A stretch of 64,000 bases of DNA from Octopus vulgaris (GCA_951406725.2 OX597825.1:39742001-39806000), one strand, 5' to 3'; shown: positions 40,165 to 55,503, counted from the first letter of the stretch. A program made the numbers and translations. The notes: generated by a model not told the origin, from the letters alone.

Positions 40165-43100
40165 TCACAAAGTTAAGCAGTGAAGACAAAGAGCGCGATT
40201 CGATTGTGATAGATAGATATTTTATTGGCTGCACAATATTTCAACAGTAAGACTCTCTTTGTGAAGTTCAAAATAAGAAGTGCTAAAACTTCAAAATTAT
40301 AGAAATTTAAATGTAAAGTATTAACGAGAGGAACCAGCGTCAACACGTTGATATAATGACATCATCGGGTTTTAAGTTTCAATTTTATTACAGGGAAAAA
40401 GAAAAAGTTAACAAGTGAAAAAAATTCAAAATTACAGAAATTCATATCTAAAGAATGAACGAGAGCTACCAGCATCCAAACGTTAATGGAATGACATCAT
40501 CGGTTTTTATGTTTTAAATAAAAGGAAAAGATAGAAAAGAGAGAAGAAAAGGCAACAAATATAAAAGGAAAAGAAGGACATTTAATCAAAAGTTTTGAAT
40601 ACATTTGATGATATTCTCCAGCCATATAAGTCATTCCTCCAGGGCTTGATATTAATAACTCGCAAACATATTTCTCCTCATGCATTTTGAATATTGAATG
40701 TGAAGCAGACTCAGAATATTTTCTGCGAATATGTACTTTCAAGTCTGTTTTAAAATTGCAACCATTTGAAGCAAAATATACTGCAAGTTCTCTCGAACTA
40801 CTGTTATTGTGCCTGACGTCATATCTGAGCCCATCGCATCTTTTGTTTAATTTTTCTATTGTACAATCAACATAAATCAACTGTTTCGTGTGTTCTGCCT
40901 CGTACACCAAATGGAAATCTCTGCATGCCTCACCTTCAGTATATATCATAACATTTGTGTTATGATTCCTGATGAAATACACTTGATTCATCTTGTACAA
41001 TGAATAGTCCTTGCAGTTGTTTTTCAAGGTACAGGCAGCAGGTAAGAGAATGTCAGTTTTCTTGGAGTCAGAAATACAGGTAAATCGTTCTCTTATATTT
41101 GTATTCCTTCTGAAGGCTGCGTAAGTATCTGTTTGAAATGAGAAATTTTTTCTGCAACATGCTGTAGGTTTCACTTTCTTTGCTAATCGTTGCTATATTA
41201 TATACTATTTCCCAAATGTTATCCAGACAATGTTAGGTGTGGATGTTCAAATGCACCTCTGGAATTTCTTGAATCCTGGCAGACAGGCATTATTGAGAGA
41301 CATGAATGAAATGGAAAGATGTCCTGGAATATAACCTTCTCAATCTTATGCCCTCCGACGTCTAGCTAATAAGGAATCTATTATTAAAATAACGGATATA
41401 TGTGATGCTATCATAATTATCGACTAAAAGGGAGTATATCTCAAATTGTGAAGAAGTCTTAAGCAACAAAATGTCTTATGAATAATTACATGTCAATTCA
41501 AACCCCAATTACAGAGAGGAACTTGACAAAATAATTCTGGAAATGGAGGAACAAAATTAAATTAAGAAGGCTGAATCCAGTATTTTTTCGGTCAGAAAGA
41601 CGAACACCTGTATTTTATAGTCTCCCTAAAATACACAAAAATTTCGAAAGATTTACTTCAATGCGCTCAGTTTACAGCAGATATGAATGTTGTAGAGCGA
41701 AGTTTTCGGAATGACTGGATGGCTTTCTACTCACTGTCACCAAAAGATCCAGTTCCTATATTAACGATACTGTTGATCTTGTGCCTAAAATCAACAACAT
41801 TCTTAAGTACCAAAGCCATGTCGAAAGCTGTTTTTTTTTGCTAACTATGAATGTTTCATGATGAAAGGATATATGAAAGGGTAAAAGCATGCCAAAAACG
41901 GCCAAAAAAGTATTCCATTAAATTTTCTCTGTAGGTTAATGAGGTTTGTGTCACAAGCTAACTCAATCAATGAAGTTTAGACGAATAGTTTACCACCAGA
42001 CGTGGGATTACGCCACGGGGAACCCAATGGCAGTTAATTTCGCTAATGTCATCATGACGAAATTCGAGACAGAGTTACGGAAGTCATTCAAATCATTACA
42101 TAGTCATGAAACAATACTCTGGTTACGGTCCATTGATGACGTCTTCTTTGTCTAGAAAGGATCCCATGATAGTTTAATTGACTTCTTGCATTTCTGTGGT
42201 TGTTATGCTAAAAAATATGGCTTTAAGTCCAATATGAGATTTGAGTCTAGTTTTCAAAAAGTAGCGTTGAATTGTTGAACACAAGATTTAAGATTTCTCG
42301 AACCAGAATAGTAACAATTATTTTGCAAGCCCACGTGATCCAAATTTTCTTCCACCATCACATATAATTTGGTCAAAACCGAAATCCCGATTTTTGAGGA
42401 TAGTACGGATTTGTACTGACATAGGGGATAACTGAAAATATGCAAATGCTTCTTATTCCATTATGTCAAACGCGGTTGCAGTGATTCATGATTAAATGAA
42501 ATAGAAAGTGACAGAGCGAAGATTAGGGAAGAAAGTCAAAACTCTACGCATAATTTTAGAAAACACAATACAGTATGTTACAGAATCCTTTCAGTGATAA
42601 ACTGGTACCGAAATTTCACTGGCATTTCATAAATGTTACATGAAAGTTATCAGCATGTTGCAGAAGAAATATCTTTGTTTCAAACAGATACTTCCTCGGC
42701 CGCCTACCGTAGACATTAGATGGAATAAAAATATAACTGAACGTTTTATCTGTATTTGTGACTTTAAAAGAAAATTAACATTGGATTATCTGCAACCTGT
42801 ATCTTGAAAAACAGCCGATGTAAGATGTAAGCCCGGTTCACTGTGCAACAATATGAGTCAAGTTTATTCCATCAGGTATCATAACAGAAATGTTATGATT
42901 TATAAAGAAGGTGTGACATGCACAGACTACTCTTTGGTGTACGAGGCAGAATACAAGAAACACAACTTGATTTATGTTGGGTGTACAACAGAACAATTAA
43001 ACAAAAGATTTAATGGGCAGAGATATGACATTAAGCACAATAACAGTAGTTCGACAGAACTTGCCGAACATTATGCTTCAAATGGCTGAAATTTTGACAA

Positions 43101-43510
43101 GAGACTTGACAATGCATATTCTCAGGAAAAATATTCTGAATCTGCTTCACTGTCAATGCTCAAAATGCACGGGAAGAAATATGTTTGCGGGTTATTAACA
43201 TCAGGCACTGGATGAATGATAAAAAATTACCGGACTTGATCATTAGTATTGAATGACCATAGTTTAATTATGGTAAAGATAATATTTTTCTTTTCGCCAT
43301 TTATAAAATTGAAACTTACAGACTGATGATGTCATTCGATGAACGTGTGGATATTGGTTGCTCTGCTTCATTCTTTAGATATTAATCTTTGTAATTTTGG
43401 AGTTTTATCACTTTTTATTTTGAACTCGACAAAGGCTTGCTGTGGAGATATTGTTGAACTAATACAATATCTATTGCAATCGAGTCGCGGTCTTCCTTTT
43501 CTGTTTACAA
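40165..43510 (+). mobile_element. Old Penelope-like element with an inverted copy of its GIY-YIG/3' region at the 5' side, between (ATT)n tracts
   Basis: FYSLPKIHK ~41613, ATGNPMAVNFAN, WLRSIDDVF, LVYEAE..LIYVGCTTEQLNKRF; 40165-41170 is a diverged reverse complement of ~42670-43510. Confidence 0.88.
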
Positions 43511-43519
43511 TTATTATTA

Positions 43520-43569
<50 letters not shown>

Positions 43570-43572
43570 TAT

Positions 43573-43611
<39 letters not shown>

Positions 43612-43830
43612 CAGTAATGCTTCGACTATCGCAGGTATTACGTTCCAAAACCCTCAGCGATAGGAGAAAATTCACGAAGTAGAAACACTGCTGTACTAGA
43701 ATTTGTTAATTATTTTCATACTTGGTACATATTTGCTTCATTATAAATACAGAACAACACTTCGTTGGAATCGACATAAGCTTCAGTAGTGAACCGCTAT
43801 AGGTGAACCGCGATAGCGTCAGGGATTACC

Positions 43831-43832
<2 letters not shown>
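43612..43832. mobile_element. Tc1/pogo-type MITE
   Basis: TA|CAGTAATGCTTCGACTATCGC ... GCGATAGCGTCAGGGATTACCG imperfect terminal inverted repeats. Confidence 0.65.
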
Positions 43833-43886
<54 letters not shown>

Positions 43887-44049
43887 CGAGAGAGAGAGAT
43901 AGAGAAATTATGAGTTAGAGCTTATGCAACAGTCTAAGTGATACATATATCCGTAGACACTACTGGTGTATAGGCCTTGCTGTAAGGATAATTGCAGTTG
44001 GTAATTTAAGGGTAAACCGTGGTTCAATATATTCAGAAAAGATACGAGA

Positions 44050-45250
44050 GGAAATAGAACCACATGTAACAATTCGAAGTTGATCATTAGTATTGAATGA
44101 TCATAGTTAATTATGGTAAAGATAACATTTACATCTCTTTTAGTTTGTTATTTTTTAGGTAAAATTGCGCTCCATTGAACAAACATAATCAGAATGATTT
44201 GAACTTTACCACAGGATTAAAAGGAGATCGAAGGAGGACAGGAAGAGAAAAGGAAAAAGAAAAGGAAAAAAACAACGGAAAAAGGAAAAGGTTCATTAGG
44301 TTGTTATGGTTACATTTTCGCATTCTTAAATTATGTCATATGTGTGTACAGTTGCTTCAAGTAGATGAGTGGAGCAGTGAGTGGAGTAAATGACCAGTTG
44401 ACCGGTGGTGTTTGTCGAAAGAGTTATACCTGGTAGTAATATCCATCATCATTAATCGTAACAAATAATGCTATTGGGGTCCTCTCGATGAGTTCCTACA
44501 AAACCTAGTTAAAAAATAAGGCCGCTTTTAAAAGTTTAATTGATTACCTCCCTTTGACACCCCATCCTTAACACATACCACGAAATAATATCATAGACCG
44601 CAATTGTATTAAATTTACTTCCGACTAACTGAATCATTTAATTTAGATGCACGATGTTGACCCGCAGCTGCAATCCTCTTTAATATATTCACATTAAAGT
44701 TAGATCACTGACCAACATACTAATTGCTAGTGCTACCATCAGCATATATGTGATTAAACGAGTGATTTACCATATTCTAGCCGAGTTCATTTGTTTAAAT
44801 TATATTCACGAGTAGTAAAACCTGGCCAAATATAACAACACTTTATTTATGCTGGATATTACTGTCGAATAACACCGCCGGTCAACTCGTCATTTTACGC
44901 ACTGAGCTATCCATCTACTTGAAGCAACTGTACACAAACATGATATCTTTTAAGGACGCAAAAATATACGCCTAACAACCTAATGAACCTTTTCCTTAAT
45001 TCTTTTTTCCTTTTCCTTTTCCTATTCTTTGTGGCCTTATTTTCACCTGTAAAATTCGAGTTTCTGTCAATATTCTTCTGTTAAATTTAAATCATTCCGA
45101 TGGTGATTGTTCTATGGAACGAGCGAAATAAACACAAGTATATCTCAAAAGTGAAAAACTAAAACATCTGTAAATGTTATCTTAACCATAATTCAATTAT
45201 GATCATTCATTACTAATGACCAATTTCTAATTGTTACCTGCTGCCCCATT
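44050..45250. repeat. Diverged ~380-bp inverted repeat with ~430-bp spacer
   Basis: gtaacaatt..tcattagtattgaatgatcata and agttgcttcaagtagatg..gttgaccggtggtgtt match reverse complements at 44865-45240. Confidence 0.82.
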
Positions 45251-45258
45251 ATATCTTA

Positions 45259-45320
<62 letters not shown>

Positions 45321-46358
45321 ACACACATATATATATATTATTTTACTTGCTTTAGTAATTTGACTGCGAAAATGTCTTAGTCGAAGGAATCGAACCCAGG
45401 ACTTATATATATATTGTAATATTATGCCTAACCATATTAAATCAATAGAAAATTAGTAGTATGTAGAGTTTAATTCAAGTGTGTATAGTTATTATTAATA
45501 TTCAATAAACCTGGAAGCCATTCCCTGCAATCTATTACTTATATGAAATATCGAAATGGTTCAAAGACTTAATAAGGTATGTTAACTTAATGCTAGGGTA
45601 CATCAAATTTTAAAATAAAATCAAGAATGAAATAAAACAAATAAAACAACGCAGAGTAAAAATTAAAATATAGACTAAAAATAAATAAATGGAAAAAGAC
45701 TTATAAAATATGGCCTTTCACCCCTTAAAATTTATCATTGAGCTAGACTAATATTGATAAGTAACTATTGGACAAAAAATTAAAATTTCAGATATGCAGC
45801 GTACCCTTGGTGAGAAACCGGATGTATAATTTGTTAAGGGGCTGAAGTAAAGAGAATTTGTGTTTAATATAAATAAATAAGAATGAAAGGGAGTAAATAA
45901 GGGCTTAAAATGGGTCAATTCCAAAAGGTAAACTGAAGCGTATTAATGAAATTATTTAAATAGTTAAATCTAATGCCCTCAAAACCGGAAATAAATAGTG
46001 ATATAGAGGTGAAGAGCTAAGGAGCAGCTGCGATTAATCTAAATTAGGGACATACCAAAGTGAAACCACATAGAAATATATATATGCATTATTTTACAGT
46101 GAGTAAGAATATAGCTTCAGGTGTGGTCCATGTAGTACAGTTAATTTAGAGATGAAGAACTAATTTAAAACTAGGAACAATCTAAATTAGGGACATACAA
46201 TTTGAGACCCGGTAAATGTAATCATGTGTATTTTACAGTGAATTAGAAAAGAGCTAAATGTTAGGTTCTTATAGTATAATTCATTATCAAATCTAATAAA
46301 CGTTATTATTTTAATAATAAAAACCTTTAAAAATGTGTTGTACATGAGATAGCAATAC

Positions 46359-46393
<35 letters not shown>

Positions 46394-46924
46394 GAGGGAG
46401 AGAGGGGGATACAGAAGAATAATAAAAGGAATTAATATGCTTGAGATATAGAATATCAATACAAAAAACAGTCAAGTTACTAGAAAAAGAGCAAATAAAT
46501 AATAAAAAGGGGCTAGATAAATAATGTGCAGGTTATAATCATAGGAGACATATACAAGATATGAAGTAAAAAGTTTGTTAAATAACTTAAGTAGGTTTTT
46601 AACTAAAAATATTAAAGCAATCAACTAAGAGATGGGAAGAAAATGTTGAAGTGAATCTAAAGGTTTTTTTGTGTTTTTAAATGGCTTATAAACACCATGG
46701 GAAGTACATCTCCGTAATAAAAAAATATAAATTATTTAATTAATTAAAGGCTGGAAGACAGATGAAATAATCGTGAGTGAGTTAGGAGATACGTAAAAGT
46801 AAACTATACTTATAGTATGTATATATAGTTGGTGATAGGACCAAATATGGAAAATCAATAAAATAAACAGTAAATGGTAGCTATTAATTAGGTTATTAAA
46901 GATTCTAAAAAATAGGTAATAAAT

Positions 46925-47085
46925 ATGACAGGCTTCTTTCAGTTATCGTGTACCAAATGAACTCATATAGCATTGGTCGGCCCGAGGCTATAGTAGAAGG
47001 TACCTGCCCAAAGTGCCACGCAGTGGGATTAAACCTGGGAGCATGCTCGGGAAGCAAGCTTCTTACCACACAGCCACGCAGGCGC
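46925..47085 (-). mobile_element. SINE 5' part
   Basis: ttggtcggcccgaggctatagtagaag..gtgccacgcagtggga..aagcaagcttcttaccacac, matches 34640-34740. Confidence 0.75.
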
Positions 47086-47277
47086 GTCCTTTTTTTAAAA
47101 AAGTGTTATCTCTTACTTGTTTCATTCATTAGACTTCTGCCATGCTGGTGCTCATCCTTAAGGAAATTTTGGTCGATAGAATCAATCCCGTTAATTTTTG
47201 TTATTTAAGTCTCGTACTGCTTTGAGTGTCTTTTGCCGTACCACTAAGTTACAGGGACATAAACACAAATGCAAAGA

Positions 47278-47322
<45 letters not shown>

Positions 47323-47326
47323 GCAC

Positions 47327-47392
<66 letters not shown>

Positions 47393-47513
47393 GTAGAAAA
47401 ATACAAACTGGGACAAGAACGTAAAAGATTTAGAAGACGATACAAAAAACACGGACGGGACATTCGAAGCCTTCAATCTTCAGTCAAGAACCGGATCATC
47501 CTTGCAATTTCGG

Positions 47514-47575
<62 letters not shown>

Positions 47576-48826
47576 ATGCGAAATCCGTTTCCATTTCATA
47601 TTTTGCTGCAGAAGTTGGACTGAACATTTCCATAACCCTTGAAAGTACCCCAGACTCAATCATCAAAATCGGGGTTCCACCATTTAGTTTCTCAATCTCA
47701 TTTCATATCTATTTCTACAGTATAGTCATAAGATATATTTCTGGTACCTATAACTGAGAAGTTCATTTCAAATTGTCATCGCCATGTTTGCGGCTACCTT
47801 TCCTCTATTTCCAACTTGGCACATCCAATACGTTAGAAAGTTTAAGTTACTGAATGACTCTGGAAATATTTACTTCTTTGCGCATCGTTTTTAGGGAGCT
47901 ATCATCTAGCAAATACGGCAGAAGGAAATGAGCCAATGGCTTATATGAGTACGGGTATTTCTTTAAGAAACACGAATGAAGCAAAAGAAACATTTGCTTT
48001 GTTCTTGTAATCAAATGTTTGTGGGATATTTCATACTGCACGCATAGTGTGTATAATAATTGTTAACGCTTTGTATGTGATCAATTGATTACCCAATGAT
48101 TTTTATCTCTTAAAAAAAAAAACGGTATTAGAAATGAAGGGAGAATGCGACGAATAATTAAATTTTTCATTTGCATTAGATATAAATGAAAGACATTTCT
48201 CGTTTAGTGGAGTAAACTCTGCAACAGAGTTCCAGGGTTTGGATTATATGGGCACAACAGCTCCGAATACTAGAAAGATTCTCGATACAATGAGGACAAA
48301 CTTCAGTATATCTACAACGGAATTGAAATATTATGTAGCAAATCCAGAAAATAATTCAACTAAACAAATAATTCAAACATCATCTAGCAAAAGGCACAGG
48401 TATATTTAAAACTCCTTTGAGGCGATTTAAGAATAATTAAGTTAAATTTCAGATAAGGTAGTAGCATAACGTAAAACATTTGTAGAACAAAACATACATT
48501 ATGTTCTATTAAGGTTTTCTGTGAATATTTTGGATAGGAAAACTATTTGATGATAAATAAATTGCTTTGTTCTTTACGAAAGAACGATAGAATATGTTCG
48601 AAAAATCTACGAAAAATGTGTTCGTGTGTGTGTTTGTGAGTATATGTGTACGCAGTTTCATGTGTTTAAAGATATATAATAAACACGTGCACGCACACAT
48701 AAACTTAGTAACGCACACAAATAACTGTGTATAAATATACATATATGGAGATATCAAATGATCATATACATACACGCATACCTAATGACGTATGTATGTA
48801 TGTATGTATGTATTAATATATGTATG

Positions 48827-48980
<154 letters not shown>

Positions 48981-51684
48981 CAAACATCTTATTTTCTATC
49001 AAACACAAAGCTCTAATATAGATACTTTGGTCATCTTAGTATTGCGAGCAGAGAAATAGCCAAAGGAAAATACTATTATAAGCAATGCACTTAGAAACAA
49101 ACAATTCAGAAACAAGACACTCTTCAATAGGAAATCTTGTGAAAACACATACGGAGATATACCGAACGCCGCAAAAATATAGAATAAATTTACAAAATAT
49201 TATAAATAACAAAATCTTTCTAATATGAATATTAGATATGGGAATATATGAAATGATATATTTTATAAGTATGCATACATATACACATAGATATAAGTTT
49301 GTACTATTGATAGAGTATATATATAATATATAATATATATATAATATACAAATGATTTTGTTTTTGAAGTTCTACTTATGATAATACTCGACAATTACTA
49401 TATACCTATATGTATTTACACACATACACATGTATATACACATGCGCATACACATGCAGACACATACACTCATATATACATACATGGATACGTACGTAAA
49501 AATATTCATATACACACACATATATATTTATGCTACGCACAGTGGACACGCGCAAAGCATGCGCACACTCACACCTGTGTGTGTGGGGGGGGGTTCACTT
49601 GGATTGTAATATTCCTGGTAGCAATGTGCATGTTCATTTCAACATTTACATTTGTTGATATTCATTTTCCCATCGATAACAAGTTTAGTATTTGCATTTA
49701 AAGCAGATTTATAGATTACATTCAAATGTTCATTTACATCACCAGTTATCAAACAAACTGTTTGCTAAATAAAGGAGGCTATTCCTTATTCAATTACTCG
49801 GCTTAATTGGCATTTCCAATGAGGTGCCACATTCTATGTATTATGATTTTCAGAAAATGAATTTTCTTATTTCTCTGTTATATCTAATATTTTTTCATCT
49901 GTGTAACAATATACATACGTATTTGTGCTAGTGTTCGTCCCTGATTCACATGACGGGGTGCTGAAGAGTTCCTGGCTGTAAGGCTGGGGCCGAAACTTCA
50001 AAGGTCTTTTAGAGGGCTTCGAAAATCTGAAGGAGTGCTGCAATAAATAAGAGAATCTGAGAGGAGAATCTGAGTGGGAAATAATTAGCTAATCTGTGTG
50101 CATTTTCTTTTACCTAACTCCAGCTTTCTGTACCGATTCCAATATATATTCATGAATTTTTATACGATGTAAATATAAGATTTGTGTGGGAAAAGAAAAT
50201 GTGACGTACTGAAATTCACCCAACACATTCTAAGTAACGGCACTGCACAAACAGAGCAATAACAGACAGTAGAGAATGGAAGCTTCGTCTTATAATTTCG
50301 TAAACAGCATAAACCGTGAAAGAGGTGACACTGTCCCTATAAGGATCATGCCACAATCGTAGATTCCTATACATTAAGAAAAATGAGTGAAGAATAGAAA
50401 CGCGTCAATTACATTATCTGCTGTATTCGGAGAATAGTTCGGTTTGCAATTAAATAAAAGAACAAATGAAAGAACAAGTGCCAAGCAATACGACATACTT
50501 CCGTAATTCTAACATTTTGCCATTGTGAAAGTAATCGATTTCGATTGGAAGGCTGCCCTCCCGACAAATAGTGACAGACGCAGAAAATATATTGCGTAAT
50601 CAAGTTCAAATTGCATATGTTAACTACAAACGCCAGGTTGATTTCTTGCAACTGCTTCGCAATTTGTCTTAATTATATGTAGCCAAACATCTTCAGCTTA
50701 TGCCTGTTATTATTGCATTCACATTAATACTCAAATAAACAATGTTCTCTTGTGAAAGAGTTTTATGCGATACGAAACAACCTACGTCTTACAAACTGTT
50801 ACAAACATCATATTGAACTGATTCCTTGTAATAGGCCTTACTCTAGGAAATGCAGTGGCTTGGAGCCTAGGAATAAAGCATTCAGACTTTTTTCTTTATT
50901 TCAGGTTAAAATACCCTTAATGTATTGCGTAATTGATTTTCATTTTGGAAATGAGATATCAGTTTTAATCATTATCTAAATATTTGGTAGGTCTAGTTTC
51001 AAACCACTGTACTATATTATCGTTGTTATATGAATATAATGCAAGTAAATATCATAAGACGTTCTCCAGTTACTCACGAATACATTGCATAAATAAAGTA
51101 CCAATATAATATTAAATATAATTTGTAGCTACAACCGTTACTAAAACGAGAAATAGTATGGATATATATTTAAGGGTGACAAATGGATTACCCATTGCTG
51201 TCGAAGTGATTGATTGCCTGACTTTTTGTGCAATATTACATAAATATGTAATAGATAAACATCAAATATTTTGTGTACAAGAAATAATTAAAATATTTTA
51301 TCGCGTGCGAGTCAGAAAACGGTACATATATTGCGAGAGAAATATATGTTTCTGCCCTCTTTCAAATGCAAAACTTTTCTGTGATTTTGAAAAACCAGAA
51401 ATTACATTGCATATAGCGAAATTGTTTCGCGTAAAATGTAAATATATAAAACGCTGCTGACATAGTTTCTTTGAAATTTGGATATAGGAATAAATGCTGA
51501 GAGCACACTGGTAGAAGTCAACGAAATACATTATATAAAATGAGATCATATATCGATTGATGATATTATCAAATTTCCCAACATAAATTCATTAAAATCT
51601 AACTATAAACATCATCAATGTTATTGTTTCTATGTTATCAAATGCTCATGTATATATACATATATGTATATATGTGTGTATGTA

Positions 51685-51731
<47 letters not shown>

Positions 51732-52299
51732 TTTTATATATATATATATATATAAGTGTGTGTGTGTGTGTGCGTGTGTGCGTGTATATATAGCGAACGA
51801 GTGGGGGTGGGTGAGATACCTTTCCTTATTTCTGATAGGTATGCTGCAGGCTTTCCTTACGTGAAACTAGATTGGATTTGAGTTTGTATAAATTTTGTTA
51901 ACGTCAAAAAGAATACAGACATCATGTAATTTGTTATATTATGCTTGGTAATGATAAGGGTTTGGTTTTCGAATTATATGAATAAATATATATATGTCTG
52001 TGTGCACGCGTGCTTTTGTCTCTGTATCAGTATGCATACAAACAAACGTGGGATCTTTACAGATAGTAAGATTTAAGTGGAAATAACATTTGTTAATAGA
52101 TTTTTGATAACGCTAGAGCACGTGATATTTGTTTTCTTGTGTTGGAGATATATTCCTCAGTAATTTTGTGTTGCTTCTCAAAAATAAAATCCATTTTGCT
52201 TTATCATATTAAGATTATTTAGAAACTTAAATATCAATTTTTCAATATTTCCGGTATTGTCACTGTATCTAAGGATAGATTTAGATTAATCACATGCAG

Positions 52300-53430
52300 A
52301 CCCATATAAGGAGTTTGATTCAGCTATGAGCACATAAGTTTTGAACATCATTTAAAGTAAGTTCGGCTACAAAGCTAAAAACGTTCCAGGAAAACTGACA
52401 TTTGACAGTTAAAGAAGACTTCAAAATTAAACAGTAAAGAAGTCTCTAAAAATTGGACAAAATCTGGCATCATTGTGTTGTCGAGTACCTGCAGGGAAAA
52501 GGGCTTAACTGCAAAGGTATTTCATTCTGATATGGTCCTTAGATAAATAGATAACGCGTCAGCTTTAATAATAGCCAAATGTAGGCACGAGAATTTAGGA
52601 GGAAAAAGTGAGAGTTTTGAAGATGATACAATGTCTGGACGACCCGACGAGAAACATTTTGATCGTTTTTCACCACATGATCTTGGATGACAAGTGATGA
52701 ACTATAAATGAAATACCCAATGCTATTAGCATATCCTGTGTGTGAGGTGAGAATATCATGCACACTGGATTTGGCAAAACGAATGTTTCTGTTCAGTGAA
52801 TGCTACGCCTCATTTTTTGACTTGGATTCCATGTAGGCAATATCTGTCGTTATGTAAGGCAGCTCCAGCTCGGTTCCTTCAACATCCCTCCGCCAGAATG
52901 TATGGGCTTCATCACTTTGAATCGCAGACACACAGACAAATCACGCAGTCGAAATACTCTTCCTCACCTGCTGCAAGACAGGCCAAAGTTGTTTTATCTG
53001 CGCGTAAGTTGATGGCTTCGTGATGGCTTTTGGATGCAAAAGGCATTTTGATTATTGACAATCCTTAAAAGGACAAAACCATCAATAAAGAGTAATATAC
53101 CAATATGCTGAGGGGCGAAGAAAAGGAAATAGAAAACAAATGTCCATTGAAACTGACTAATAAGACCCTGTTTCATCGGAACAAAGCGCCAGCTCACAAG
53201 ACCTAGATTTCACAACCTTTTGTGTGTAACTGCATCTGTGAACCGCCTGACTACCCTAACTATTCACCTGATGTTGCTACTTCTGATTATCACCTGTTCC
53301 CCAAAATGAGCAGATACATGGCTGAGAAGCAGTATAAAGGTGACATGATGTCGTAACTAGTAGTGGTTATATTTTTGACCAACAGGATGAAAGCTTCTTC
53401 ACCATTGAGATTCAGGTACTGCAACACTGT
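52300..53430 (+). pseudogene. Decayed mariner transposase
   Basis: LHHFESQT.RQ-like ~52905, V.L..FWDAKGI ~53030, LFH..KAPAH ~53170, YPNYSPDVATSDYHLFP ~53250 (YSPDLAP-type motif). Confidence 0.85.
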
Positions 53431-54029
53431 TAGAGCACGGCACAGCACACAAGGAAAGGTAAAGGGACACGCACAATTCCTTGTATTACATGTGTGTCTG
53501 TGCGCGCGTGTGTGCTTATCATCTTAGATGTTGTATCATCAAGAAATGCTTAGAAGTTCTGTTGACACACATTCGTTTACAAGTCTCAATTTTCTTAACG
53601 GCTATATTATTGCGTTGAATGTATAGAGATGATGAACAATGACTACTGTATCTACAGCTATGGTCTTATTAAATAAATTAATTTGGCTCTCAATCGCTTC
53701 GTTTATCTTTCGTAATTTAATGTTCTACATTCCAGTTAATTTCCTCCTTCCACTATTAGAGTTAGCACTTTGTTCTAGTCTCTCAAAGTTTTATTCTAAA
53801 AATATATTTAGTAAATTATTTCATCTACAGTCGTTTATCGCGTACATATTTTAAATAAGTGGTTAAAGACGAAATGGTTTATATATTCTTTATCTGACTT
53901 TGATAAACCCATGTATTTTCAACTGAGGACATTAATGATCTTTGTGTGCGTTTTCTACTCAAATCTGAGACGAATCTTTTCACGTACTTTAGTTATATAT
54001 TATATACCTCTACACCCACACTCTGCCTA

Positions 54030-54558
54030 CCCACATAGCCTACCTCAACCTCAGACCTCAGTCTAACCCACACCCCACCCGTATTTCCCCACTCTCGCCT
54101 CCCCACCTCCCAACACCATCACACCACAACGCACTACACCATACCACACAACACGTCACATCACAACACACAACCATGCACACACCAGCACTAACCAGTT
54201 CCTATTCTCGCATTTTCACTCCTACACATACACTTGCGCAGACGTCAAGATCACCAGCCCTCTTTCACATGCATATACATATTCTCTTACACGTACGCGT
54301 ACCTTCGTTTTGGGATCACTACTTCTTTGTTATCTCCCCTAATTCTTAGCTTTCCTGTGTGACCCTTCTGTCCGGCCTTCGCCTTGATAGATCGCTAGCC
54401 ACTACACATTACTTTCTCCCCTTGTTTCTTTCTATGTTCCTTTCTGTAGAAGAGCGTAGATTCGAAACATTAAATATATTTTTTTAATTCCCAAGCGTTA
54501 TACTAATACATCTGTTTGTTTTCTACACCACCGGTCTTCGTCTTTTGCTATTTTTTCG

Positions 54559-54560
<2 letters not shown>
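54030..54560 (+). mobile_element. Probable Penelope-type pseudo-LTR/3' fragment ending at (TA)n
   Basis: C/A-rich stretch then a T-rich end (ctaatacatctgtttgttttctacaccaccggtcttcgtcttttg) resembling the reverse complement of 31020-31110. Confidence 0.45.
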
Positions 54561-54606
<46 letters not shown>

Positions 54607-54807
54607 GTGTTAGTATCCGGAAGAACCAAAACGGCAGGTAAGGCTATGTATGTACTACGGACGGTCTTTAGTTAGACTCCCAGTTCAATGGTAGTATGAA
54701 TAACGAATCTAATGCGGGTCATGTGTGAGCATGTATATAATGAATAAAATGAGACAACAAAGCCAAGGCAGTGTTGAAGTTCTAGGACATTTACAAAACG
54801 AACGGTA

Positions 54808-54855
54808 GTATTACGGCCGTTTCAGGGATATGATGCATATCCCTTCATCAGAGAT
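54808..54855 (-). ncRNA. Hammerhead motif in a dispersed pLTR-like fragment (54745-54940); related decayed copy at 59079-59126
   Basis: Minus strand: CTGATGA agggatatg-cat-catatccct GAAA cggccg TA; perfect stem II and palindromic stem III, stem I decayed. Confidence 0.65.
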
Positions 54856-55340
54856 GATATCAGAAATTTAAATGGAAGTTATAATATAAGAAGATATTTT
54901 GGAAAGGGAGAGATATAGGACATATAAATGGAAATAGAAGAACTAAAAAAAAAAAAAGAAATATTTGCTGACTGTTGCAGATGCAATTCCATTAACCAAG
55001 AAAAGTGATGTGTAGAATGGGTACAAAGGCTTGTTATATGGTATATAAGTTCGAATAGAAATATTTTGTGATTACAGATGTCTAGTGTGGATAAATTAAT
55101 TTCATCTGCTGTCCAGAAAATTCCATCTGGAGACAGAAAAACGGGAAATGTCACATGTATTTGAAATGTCCCATGAATTAAAAAAAAAACATTTAATTTT
55201 TCCACAAATAAATTGTTTCTCATGCTTTAATCTAATTTGAAAAAAGTCGCAAAGTCTAAAACCGGTACTAAAATGTTCTCCATGAGAGTATTACTATAGA
55301 ATTTTCTATCTTGTCCTATTTTCCTGATATATTATATCTA

Positions 55341-55503
<163 letters not shown>

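Noticed and set aside
45400-46920. AT-rich block with a short internal duplication (46040-46110 / 46185-46250)
   Set aside because: Probably a decayed repeat, but no diagnostic motif could be assigned
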